The notes under the pieces are model-generated. The model made no database searches. It had not been told where the DNA came from and saw only the letters and a list, made by a program, of their open reading frames with translations. A stretch of DNA of 63,744 nucleotides, the filler included, from Cercozoa sp. M6MM (taxonomy: Eukaryota; Protista; Endomyxa: Ascetosporea), in the NCBI GenBank assembly GCA_040357565.1. It is 12 parts of 12 records of this genome, joined end to end, with 100 filler letters (N's around TTAATTAATTAA, not from the genome) between each part and the next. Parts side by side here need not be neighbours in the genome. Positions count along the whole stretch, not along the records: positions 11,418 to 19,835 come from JBDODJ010000542.1; positions 19,936 to 23,479 come from JBDODJ010001411.1; 10 more parts are not named here. One strand, 5' to 3'. Each line of letters opens with the position of its first letter. The stretch's first letter is position 1. The position numbers were made by a program, and so were the translations under genes. Shown piece after piece: positions 12,590-23,579 of the stretch.

Positions 12590-12651
12590 GCGAAAGCGAA
12601 GCGAAGGTGTTCCCGGTGTTACGGCATAAACCAGTAACTGAGGTATTGAAG

Positions 12652-13028
12652 ACTACAAAATAGCGTCAGTTAGAAATGGGTAATTTCCGCCCTTGCAGCC
12701 ATCCTTGGATGTAAATTAGTAGCCGTTTCTCTGGCTCCCTCTCCGGAATCAAACCCTAATTCTCCGTCACCCGAAAGTTAGAAAGCCATGGTAGTCCACT
12801 AAATTACACTACCACCAAAAGTTAGAAAGACGTCGAAGGGAGGATTAGCCTCATTAAAGCGAAGGTCGTCCGTCGAAAGCTTGAGCGGAGCTGTAAATTT
12901 AGAAAGCTTGAAGCGAGGACTATGCAAGGAAGCCTCATGTAATGCGGGAGATACCCAGCAAAACAAGTCCTTCATCAATCGCACTGGTTTAGATTTGATC
13001 GTCCGCGCTGACGAGTAGTCAGATGACA
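12652..13028. repeat. Dispersed non-coding element, copy 2 (carries 18S rRNA fragment)
   Basis: Collinear homology with 9341-9762; lies between two convergent genes. Confidence 0.8.
12677..12816 (-). pseudogene. 18S (SSU) rRNA-derived fragment with short insertions; not an rRNA gene
   Basis: Minus strand reads GGTAGTGT..AGTGGACTACCATGGC..CGGGTGACGGAGAATTAGGGTTTGATTCCGGAGAGGGAGCCAGAGAAACGGCTACT..ACATCCAAGGATGGCTGCAAGGGCGGAAATTACCCA, matching the conserved eukaryotic SSU 5'-domain segment; no flanking rDNA. Confidence 0.9.
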
Positions 13029-13099
13029 GACTTGTTTGATGAGAAACGCTATTCCGTAACAAAAGGGTGGGTATGTGAACCGGCTGATATAGCGTAGAC

Positions 13100-14955
13100 G
13101 AGAACAACAATTCGATTGCAAACGGAGCCCGGCACGGTTGACGATACGGACTCACACGACGGTGCACACGATGTTTAAACAATCTGGAGCACGAGGGTCG
13201 GTCCCCCGCCAGGACCCTCAATCCTGTACGACCGGAAAGGGACACTCGGACAGCGTATGCCAACGTGCCGCACGGAACAACTGCGTTCGCACGTGCTTCG
13301 TCACCTGCAACAAACGGACTCACTGACACATCACACTGTCGAAGCGCACACTTGCGGAGGATAGTACGCGGTTCTGAACGTTGTGTTTATCGTGCAACAG
13401 ACAACAGTCTGCATAGTAGCCACCGGATTGCAACTCGGGTGCGAAGGCGCAGTAGATACTTGTCGCTGCACCTTGTGCGATCGACCTGCGCACACCGTTC
13501 ATGATCACCACTGTTCATTCACCACTTTCGTTGAGCTATCAGCGAAAGCTTCAATTACTTGGAAATCGGCGAAACAATGAAGCCGAAAATGTCGTAGAGA
13601 CGGCCTAGGTGGCGCCCCAACTTGGTGGCCGGGATCATACCCGGGTGCAACGACACTGCCTGCGAGGGACTCTGCATAATTTTCCTATGCTGTCGTAGGA
13701 AGGAAAGGCACCTGCACGCCTGTGCCTTCGAGACGCTCGGCCAAATCTGTCGCATGGAGAGCGTTGGCCAGCCTGCAGAAACACCTTTCTATACACCAAG
13801 CAGGAGGATATTTGGTCCCATACTTGGAAGCGCCGTATCGAGATCCACCCACGTACTTGCCTTCTACCGACACTACAAACCCAAAGAGGTAAGGAGATGG
13901 GAGAGTGTGGGGAAACCCAGATGATACAATCGTCGAGGCCCATGCAGGGCTCCGCGAAGTGGTAGGCTTCACTTCCGACATTGATCTGACCAAAGCGTCA
14001 TCTCCTGGGATTGAATCAAGTCAATTGCAGCCCGTAAAAGTACCACTCGCGAAGGCGCGTTCTGCTCCAAGATAGGCAAGAGTTCGTTCGTCAACAACTG
14101 CAAGTGCATCGGTACAATAGCAAGAGCCAAAACGTTCAAAATTAAATCTAGTGTTACGAAATGCCCAAAGAAATTCGTGCGCATGTGAAGTTCGACTCCA
14201 TCGATGACTTCCCGCGGGTGCATCATGACGCTAAACACGCTCAGTTGAGTTATAAACAGGAAAATTATCAATGAATGAATGAATAGAATGACGCTTTACC
14301 CGGCATTATTGAGGAGGATCTTCAGAGGCTTTCGTAGCTCGAGATCGCGCACCTCGTTGGCCGCATTGCGCACCGAGTCAAAGTCGCAAAGGTCCATCAC
14401 AATATCAAATACCGAAGCATTCTCGTGTGCCGCGTTGCGCACTTCCTGTACCGCACTTGCCTACAACACCTTTGACTCCTCAATTTCAACCGGGGCCCCC
14501 AGTTGTGGGTACCAAAGTAGTAGGGTTCCGGCCCATCATGATAACATCAACGTTGCTCTTGGCGCACTGGAGTGCGGTCTCCTTGCCCTGTTGTAGGCAT
14601 ACCACATGTTTAAAGATTCACACTGTTGTTCCAAGAGCCAAATGCTATGGGTACAATGCCATCGTTCGCGCCAGTGATGATCACAGTGCATTCCTCGGAC
14701 TGGGGAATCAAGTCGTTTGCCACCTGAGGGCAACAAGGCAAACATGGTGCCAGGATTTCACCTCCAACGACAAAAAACTCACTTCCTCCGCCGTCGTAGC
14801 GCTGCCATAGCCGCTCTCAAGTCGCGTGCCGAGAAGGTGCTACCAGGAAAAAGTACCCCATCTCATGATAAAAACCTAAAGCATCGATGCTTTTGCAAAC
14901 GACGAGGGTCAATTTTCTTGCAAAAGCCAGCCTGTGCTTTAAGTACCTTCCACAT
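13100..14955 (-). CDS. Short-chain dehydrogenase/reductase (retinol dehydrogenase/WWOX-like); 3' end approximate
   Basis: YGSATTAEEV, VIITGANDGIG, ELHMRTNFFGHF, LLPILEQNAPSRVV, SLHPGMIPATKLGRH, QGAATSIYCAFAPELQSGGYYADC. Confidence 0.9.
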
Positions 14956-15879
14956 CGTGCTTTAAATCTCTGCAAAACTCGGTCGATGAAACTGGGTACT
15001 TGCACGAAGAAATATATTATTATCCACTCACAATACAGAATCAGTCAAGGCAAAAATCAGGACCGACAGTTTGCATCAACATCGATCACTGGGTGGTCAC
15101 AAGTCAATCAAAAAGGACGTGATTTTCAGACCTGTCTTGCTTGTCAGGATCCTTATGTCGTGATTGCGGCTTATCATGCGCTGGCTGCTTGTGTGGCGGA
15201 ACTAATTTAATCAGTCACCACGTGACAACTACTCCTTGACTGCTCAGTCTGATTGTTCACTCCAACCGGACATCATTATGATCGCTGGCGCCAGCATGCC
15301 ATCACCACTCAGCCAAGTGGCGAAGAACAACATCCCGGAGTGCGCAGGTGTGTGAACACGAAGCGTAGTGCCCGAAGGCTTCAAAGCTAAAGAAGGAATC
15401 CTCCAGACGAGTAAACCGTGCTTGCTGCCCACCGGAATTATTGCCGTCAGGAGAATTTGCCTGGATCGATCCTCGATGTCCGCGGGAGGTTCCAGCTTCG
15501 AACATGCACACACAATGTCGTGGGCAAGTGCCGACGCTACACACGTCACTGCAGTCAGTATGTCTCTCCTCTCTTGCGTGAATTGAAAGCCCGTACAAAG
15601 CGAGGGTTTTGTAGGTTTTGACGAGGCCGGCAAAGCTCAGTTGAGCGATTCCAAAGAAGCCGGGCTCGACATTGCAGATGCGCATATCGAAAACCTACGG
15701 AAGCGGGCTCGAGTGTCACTTCTGGCCGTTCTTTCACTCGTATTGGTAGCAAACCAGCAAGCTATGTAGTTTAGTGTTTTGTTTGTAACTTTGCTCTGGC
15801 GTGCAGGCACTTTCGTTGGCAAACATGATCGTTGCCTGGTTAGCGAGGTAGCAAGCGAGCAGGCTTTTCATGATAGGGT

Positions 15880-18800
15880 GCCGATCTTTGTGCACAGGTC
15901 AGTTATCGTCACGCAGCTGGGCGACGATGTCGATCATGCTGTCAGTACCTGGGAGATGCGGTCAACACGAACGCAGATTCAGAAGTATACGATTTTCTGT
16001 TTTTAGTGTGGCATGTAAAATGTAATAATGTGCGTTACGTCTTACACAGGGAAATGTCTGACCTCATCAAGGAGTTGAATTACTCGCGAATGGTTTAACT
16101 AACATTCATGCTTTTCCTTTTTTCGGACGTCTTATGTGTAAAACTGTTGACGCCGGCAGGTTGTTGACGGAGAAATTGATCCAAACGCGACGCTGCTGCC
16201 GTCGGAAGAGCAAATTTTGGCTCATACGAAGGTATGTTTCTGATTCAGTCCCAGAATTGTCTCGTGTGTTCACCCCCTCGAATTCACAGGAACAAGTGAT
16301 GCAGCACCACCCGGTGGTCAACAGGCAGTTGGAAGAGATCCGCAGGGACGGAATTGAGAAACGCAAGCTTGGAGCCGACTTTCAAACCCTGATGGCTAAC
16401 TGCGAATTGGTAAACTTTGCTTTGCTGGTAGTGTGTATGTGTATGTGTCGCAGCAACACGGAAAATTGCTGGACATCGAGGTCATTTTCACTGCGGTAGT
16501 TTACCGTTGTTCGCTCTGCCGAGCACCCATGGTGTCTCGTTAATTTAAATCTCATTTACTACAGGACCCCAGAACTATCAATCTCTTGCCTGCATACCTC
16601 GCCTTGTTGTAGTGCTGATTTTTCCTCTCTGTCCTCCATATTTTCAGTTACCGCACTATTTCTTTCATCCTGCAGGACGAAGTGGAACGAGGCGTTTGTT
16701 CCACTTGCTTCTTTACTTTCGGACGATTTGGAGGTTTGTGAGGCCTAACTGTTAGCTGCAAACTTTTGACTTCTTCTGGAACATGCGCAACAGAGTGACG
16801 TTTCATATGCTCGCTCATTGGTGCACACCCAAATTGCGTTGATCGCCACGTCGGCTTTTATCTGTGTAGGTTAATTTTAGATCAGTGTTTTGCTGCCTGT
16901 GAATGGCATTATGTTTAGTTGGCCACACTGATGTTTGCCTGGCGTTATCGCGTCGTTTTCGCTGCGGCTAGACAGGTATTACTCGTAATTTAAGTTTTTT
17001 TTTGGTTAGTGGCCCTCTGATGTGCTTTGCAAAATCTGTGCCAGGTGCTCTGGCACGCGCTTGAGACCTCGCAGCGACGACTGCGAAAACTCGTGAAAGA
17101 CGGTCATTTGCAAGTTGCGGTAGACATCACCAACTTTACGTTTGATACGGACTTGCTTTATGTTTGACTGTAGAACGAAACAGATGAGGATGTCAAGTTG
17201 CGAGACGAGATGCAACGGCGAAAGCGACGTGCAAAGCTTGCGACGCGTGCGCTTTGTGTGACACTTGGTGCGATGTGCCTTTTCAGGAATATGAAATAGG
17301 CTTTGCATCGAATTTGTTGTGGTGAAATTAGTCGTGTACCATTCCGTGTGCTTTGGCATGCAACTGCGTGCGTTGGACAATGTCAACAACTTCTTCGCCG
17401 TGGCCGATGCCGGAATCTCCAACGCACGTCAGTTGGAGTTTATCGTGCAGGACATGCACCTGGTGCGCACGGCATCGGGCAACGCGCGCGCCATGGAACT
17501 GGCACTGCCGTCGGTGCAGCTCATGACCAACGTGTACAGCACCACGGATTCCTATACGGCGCAGCAGCAACGTCAGTCCGAAAACATCCTGTCGTATGTC
17601 CCTCTCTGTCTATGCAGTTGTCTATCTATATGCATATGTATGTGCAGATCAATGGAAGCGACACTGTCGCAGGAGTTGCAGGCTACGGTGGATCAAGTCA
17701 AATCCGCCGTCGATAAGCTTTTCGAACGCACGTACATTCTCTAATCGGTGTGTGCATAGTTTTTGACTCGTACTGGTGTAGCAACTACTTGGCGAGTATC
17801 GTGCTGGAGGCCTATGTTGAGGTTCATGTTTCTCACCTGTCCTTTCGATAGTTTGGCAGTGCACTAACTCAAAGTTTTTTCTCAGCGACAGAAGCTTCTG
17901 TACGATCCGGGCAATGAGGACCTTCTGGAGAAGTTTTTCGCGGCGATCTCGGTACCACTAAACTCTACCGAAATAATGTACCCAAGTGCATGTGTGTGTC
18001 TGCAGGAAGAAGAGTATGCCGAGGCGTATGAGCAAGCAACAACGTTGCTGCCTGCTTTGCGCAAGGACGGCGATGATATCATGAAGTCGCAACAAGACGA
18101 ACAGAAGGTCATCTCGCTCGCCTACACTGGTAGCTTGCTCTCGTATACATACACATGCATACAGATACATATATTTCTGTTTATATGTTGTGTATACATA
18201 TATATGTATATATATACATGGATATTTGTACAGTGATTTCGCTGCTGACCTTTGTGTTCGCACTCGTTGTCGTTGCGCTGTTCCTGCACGCGAAGCAGCA
18301 GCAGGAGCGATCGAGTGCGCTGCACTTCCAGTCAGTCCGATGGACGTTGCCTCGCATCTGTATACATCCTCATTTTATGTACTTCCAAAGCTGCACTGTA
18401 CTGCCTTTGCCACAGTGGAAGAACCCGAACTGAGCTCGGTGTTCCGAGAGTACGTGCGCAAGAAGCTGTGTCTCGAAGGCATTCTCTTTTACGACACCTG
18501 TGTCGACTTGGTACATTACCGGCAAAATGTGGTACTCTATTTGCCCTCTCGTGTTACATGTGTCTATTTAGGGCTACACGCAACTCAGTCAAGATACGAA
18601 GCGCGCACTCCGGCAAAAAACACTCACGGATGATCTGTATGATATTCTTTTCTCTTAAGGTGTTAATAAACCATGTTTGCGATTTGTACAGTGCCGAAGG
18701 CGCAGCACTGTCGCTGGAGCGGCTGCGGCAAGTGTACGATGATTTCATTGTCACGGGTTGTGCCAACGAGATCAATATCTCTGCTGGGTACGCTTTGCTT

Positions 18801-19541
18801 TTTGAATCGAGCTGAGTTGAAAAAGCTGACACTTTTGGCAGAATGAGGAAAGACGTCGGGACAGCGCTCGAGCAATCCGAGCAGGAGGTGCACACATTGC
18901 TTTCTGTGCTTCTAAGTACACTGATCTAACATCGCTCAGGGCAAAGTGACGGAAGAATTGGTCAAAAGCTTCGACGACGCCTTCGGTGAAAACGTCAAAC
19001 TCATCCGCGAGAACCTCTTGTTGCCGTTCTTGCGTTCTGATGCCTTCGATGAGGTGCTTTTTTGATTTCTGACTTGCCCCTCTCCGCAGTTTACTTCTCA
19101 ACCTGTCGAGTCGTAGGCGCAACACGCTCGCACGCGTCGACTGGACCGCGAGGCGCACCTCGCCAACAAGCACCAACACGGCGCGCACATATTCTGAGGT
19201 CTCTTGGATGACACTTACAGCATCGATGTGCTTGATATCGGTTCGAATTCGAATTGATGGATTCTCGGTCGTCGTCTCTTTCTCGTCTGACGGCACTGGC
19301 TCGGTGGCGCGCGGCGGCTCGTGATTCGCATGCAGTCAGTGACCGGCCACGAACGTTGCGGCCCGGGGTGAACGTTAACAATAGTAAATTTAGTGTTTGG
19401 TTGAGTCCGTGTGCAATAACGTACGCAAGTATACTGGCTACGGTATGGCGTCCCGAGACGAGTGCGGTGGTATCTCAGTCCGATGGGTTCAGTTTACTTT
19501 CATTAACGTTTCGCCAGTCGTTTATGCGATCTGGCAGCTGA
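15880..19541 (+). CDS. Transmembrane RGS-domain protein; both ends approximate
   Basis: RGS motifs FREYVRKKLCLEGILFY, VYDDFIVTGCANEINIS, FDDAFGENVKLIRENLLLPFLRSDAF, preceded by hydrophobic VISLLTFVFALVVVALFL. Confidence 0.8.
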
Positions 19542-19574
19542 CTGACGGATCACCGCACCTGTTATGACAGGGAA

Positions 19575-19790
19575 TCATTCTTGCTGCAGTGCACTGTGCA
19601 TCTGCTCGCGGTTCATTCGAAGTTGGAGCCACTTCTGCAGCAAGGTAAACTTAGAATTAAATCCATCATTCCAGGCCCAGTTATCTTTAGGTTCTACACG
19701 CACCGGTCCGTCGCGACCTCCGGGCACAACGGCGCCGATCTTGTCGTAGAAATCGAGTGCTGGCGTGTTCCACTGGGAAGCATTCAACCA
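19575..19790 (-). CDS. GNAT acetyltransferase (diamine N-acetyltransferase-like), last exon only
   Basis: WNTPALDFYDKIGA matches the C-terminal GNAT motif (WNxxAixFYxkLGA). Confidence 0.7.
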   Translation of the reverse strand, partial: WLNASQWNTPALDFYDKIGAVVPGGRDGPVRVEPKDNWAWNDGFNSKFTLLQKWLQLRMNREQMHSALQQE

Positions 19791-19796
19791 AAAAAA

Positions 19797-19835
<39 letters not shown>

Positions 19836-19935
19836 NNNNNNNNNNNNNNNNNNNNNNNNNNNNNNNNNNNNNNNNNNNNTTAATTAATTAANNNNNNNNN
19901 NNNNNNNNNNNNNNNNNNNNNNNNNNNNNNNNNNN

Positions 19936-20036
<101 letters not shown>

Positions 20037-20089
20037 CACGCACACACACACACACACATACACGCGTATCCAGCATCGATTGATACGTA

Positions 20090-20394
20090 CAGTTGAAGAG
20101 TGCGACGAGCTGCAGCAAGTGCCGTACATTGAGGAAAGCAACAATGACTCGGGCGGTTTCGGCGGCGAGTTCAACAGCGCCACTGCCGCTCGGGTCTCTA
20201 GCAACGTTGTCACCTTCATCGTCGCTGCTGTGTCGCTCACGGCCATGTTGTGATGCCGAAATCCGCAGTCCGGTCGCTTCCGTCTTTGTATCCTGATTCC
20301 CCCGGGAGAGACCGCACCGACCATTCCCACCAGACAAAAAAGAGTTTATCACACGCGGTGCACACTCTCCTCGGTCCCCGTCCTCCGTCCGCAT
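20090..20394 (-). CDS. First exon of a hypothetical protein (3' partial)
   Basis: ORF MRTEDGDRGEC...RVIVAFLNVRHLLQLVALFN followed by a GTAC donor and (TG)n intron at the contig edge. Confidence 0.35.
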
Positions 20395-20779
20395 GCTGGT
20401 CTATGTCCCAGTGCTTGCTTTTTCACTGGAAGTTCCCCGAAGTTCCCGTCCCGTCATTGTAAATCTACGATAGCTGTTATTGTTTTAGTATTGTTTTCGT
20501 TTCTACTCACCAACTGAGTGAGGACGGTTTATACAGACCGAGTTTCTGTCCACACGTACGGTCGAGTATGTACAGGTACGCGTGTGATCTATCGATGGTT
20601 TGGTCTTCTAAGGTACCTGACCGGAGCGTCGTCATCGCATTACGTTTCGTCCGTGAGTACATTCAACGCAATTAAACTCGACAGCCGACACTGATCCACG
20701 TTATATTCAGTTGCGTTGAGCGCGCGAGACAGCTCGAACTATACGCGGACGTCAGCCTGCAGTGCGTTGTAAGGAGCAT

Positions 20780-21582
20780 TTACGACCTCGCCGACGGATT
20801 GCATGAGCTGCAGCAAAGGAGCAACAAATGATCAAGATACCTCTGGAAACATCTGATGGGAGGAAGAGAAAAGAAAGTTGCCTCGCACTGACGCACGATA
20901 CTTCGCCGGAGAGCAAAGCTCAGCGAAGCAACAATGGCGTGCAGCAGCGTCACGACAATGCTCATTAGCAGCAGGATCATCATGCCCACGTAGAACAACT
21001 GCAGCACCCACACATACTGGATGTTTAACATACGGCATGAATGAATCGTATGAGTGAACACAGGGAATGTGTGTCAGTGCATACATAGTAGCTGTCGTTG
21101 CTCTTGTCGGGTTCATACGTTTGCATCATCACGATACTGAAGATCATCATGCCGAGCTACAGATCCCACTGGTATGTACACGTATACCTCAATTTAAACT
21201 TATTATGTGTGCGAAATAAATCTATAATTTGTATTCATACTGTATAGAACTAAAGTAGTATGGGTAAACTTATGAGAAACGTACGCCACACACAGCCAGC
21301 AGGCTATGACCGACGCTGCAGACCGATAACATCTTTAGGGACTGCTGTCGAACGGCCACGACGCCGTAGATGCCCAGCAGAATGTAGACCGCTGAGGCGA
21401 GAAAGCCGCACCCGACATATTTGCTGTTGATCTGCAGAATTCGGCCAGAATAGGCTTTTGGCTTCCCCAACAATACAAGCAAGTACCAGTGAGAAGGAGT
21501 AGCCGAGAGCGACGGCACCCAGCACCGCCAGGATGGCATTCAGCAACAGAAGAGTCACCCACTTGCACGAGTCTGACCACAT
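20780..21582 (-). CDS. Tetraspanin-like four-TM protein
   Basis: CKWVTLLLLNAILAVLGAVALGYS; GFLASAVYILLGIYGVVAVRQQSLKML; LGMMIFSIVMM; LFYVGMMILLLMSIVVTLL. Confidence 0.6.
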
Positions 21583-22137
21583 GAGGGGGACATTCGTATT
21601 TTGTTTTCGTTGCCCTGAGGATCAACCCTCGCCTACAAACAGCAGCGAGCAACACAAACCCGACGCACCACTGATGCGGCTGCGCTGCTCGTCCGAACGA
21701 TTGTCGATCATATTAAGTTTACAGGACAAGTAAATTTATTGCACAGGACTCAAAAAAGAAGCTGCAGTTGTTGAGACAAAACCAAAGATTATGCTCGCAC
21801 CCCCTGGTAGCCTCAGTTTGTGCTCACGCCAACAGTTTGAAATATCACACGACGGGCTAGCTCTGCACAGTATTGTACAGTATCATCTGCGTGGCATGTA
21901 AACTTATCTACGCTTGCCGTTTTGGCTGTCTCTCTGGTCTGGCCGGTTTAGTCCCAACGCAGTACAACAACTCAGTTTCCTCAACTGACTGTACGCGACG
22001 GTTTTACCGACACGCACGGCGACATAGTCTAGTTTGCAACTGCAAGTATCGTAACAACTGAACGTCCTGTCAGCCGAGTGTTGACGTGATACATTATCGA
22101 ATGAAAACAATCTGATTGCGTTGCATCAGCGCAGTCG

Positions 22138-22211
22138 CTACATGCCGAGCAGGCGATTCACGGCAGCCTGCACGTTCCCCCCTGCCAACAGGAACACAGA
22201 GGTGTACCAGC

Positions 22212-22264
<53 letters not shown>

Positions 22265-22297
22265 CACACACATGCACACACACACACATGCACACAT

Positions 22298-22363
<66 letters not shown>

Positions 22364-23479
22364 CAGATATATAGAGAGAGGGGATACCCGTGCTAGCGAG
22401 TGCGCGGAGCGAGGCCTCGTCGTCAGTGAAGCCCATGTCGCGCAGTGTCGCCAACTGCGCCGTGTACAACCGCCGCAGCGTCTCGCTCGACTGCTGTTGG
22501 ACTGGCTGCTGTTCCTGCTGCTGGGGGGGGGGGGGGAAGGGGGGGGGGGGGGGGGGGGGGCTGTACCATTGGCATGCCAAATGGCATCAAGGGCACACTG
22601 CCGCCAGAGGCATTGCCATCCATTAGATTCATCATATGCTGCATCATGTCCTGTGCAGGGTGAGTGGGAATAAGAGAGGGTATAGGGGATGGGAGGTAAT
22701 GCTACAGGATTCGAGAACATAGCGCGTGTCATCGGATTCCGCAGCATTGTCGCCGCTTGCGGATTGTTCTGGGGGGGGGGGGGGGTAAGGGGGGGTAAAG
22801 GGGAGGGGTGAGAGTACCCGTGCCAAACTGTCAACAAAGCGATCGTCGGACATTAACTGCGCCACCTGTCACCACAAGGAGAAACCCCTCCGCGCGGACA
22901 CAGACATAGACACAGTCACAGAGGCGACCGTACCAGCTGACGCATGCCGGGTTGCCGCATCATCTGCAGTGCCGAATCGACCTGCATGCCTCCCATCGGC
23001 ATACCTCCCATCGGCATGCCTCCCATCGGCATGCCTCCCATTGGCATACCTCCTGTGCCTGCTGTCATACCCCTCTGTTTACCCCCCTCTCACCCTCCTG
23101 TTTACCTCTCCACCCTCCCCCTGTCTACCTCTCATCCTACCTCCATTGGACGCCTGACTCCACGGATTCGGAATCGCCTCGCTGCTGCCGGGCGGTCGCG
23201 CCACCGACTCCTGTCGCTACAGAGCCGGTACAGTAGCCACAATGAGTCCATACAGAGCCGATACAGAGCCGATACACAGAGCCGATAGAACAAGGCAGTG
23301 CTGTACATTGGTCTCGTCGTCGTCGTCGTCGTCGTCGTCAAACATGTCATCCAGCGCGTTCTGCAGCGGGTCCTGCAGGTCGCCGTACGCCCTGGGAAGA
23401 GTGGGGTAAAGGGGGTACAGGTAGGGGGTAAGGGGGAGGGGTGAGAGTACCCGTGCCAAACTGTCAACAAAGCGATCGT
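22138..23479 (-). CDS. DSK2: Ubiquilin/Dsk2-like STI1-UBA protein (5' partial)
   Basis: AYGDLQDPLQNA, NNPQAATMLRNP and C-terminal UBA YTAQLATLRDMGFTDDEASLRALAST|GGNVQAAVNRLL*. Confidence 0.85.
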
Positions 23480-23579
23480 NNNNNNNNNNNNNNNNNNNNN
23501 NNNNNNNNNNNNNNNNNNNNNNNTTAATTAATTAANNNNNNNNNNNNNNNNNNNNNNNNNNNNNNNNNNNNNNNNNNNN

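Noticed and set aside
12677-12816. Functional 18S rRNA gene
   Set aside because: Only ~140 nt, with insertions in conserved helices and no flanking rDNA
12991-13050. Hammerhead ribozyme (GTC-CGCG-CTGACGAG core-like)
   Set aside because: CUGANGA is present, but the required C-GAAA and stem III are not conserved between the two copies (homology stops before any GAAA); needs an Infernal or in vitro test
15240-15280. Box C/D snoRNA on the minus strand (ATGATG...CTGA)
   Set aside because: Boxes only ~30 nt apart, imperfect C box, and no recognisable rRNA guide
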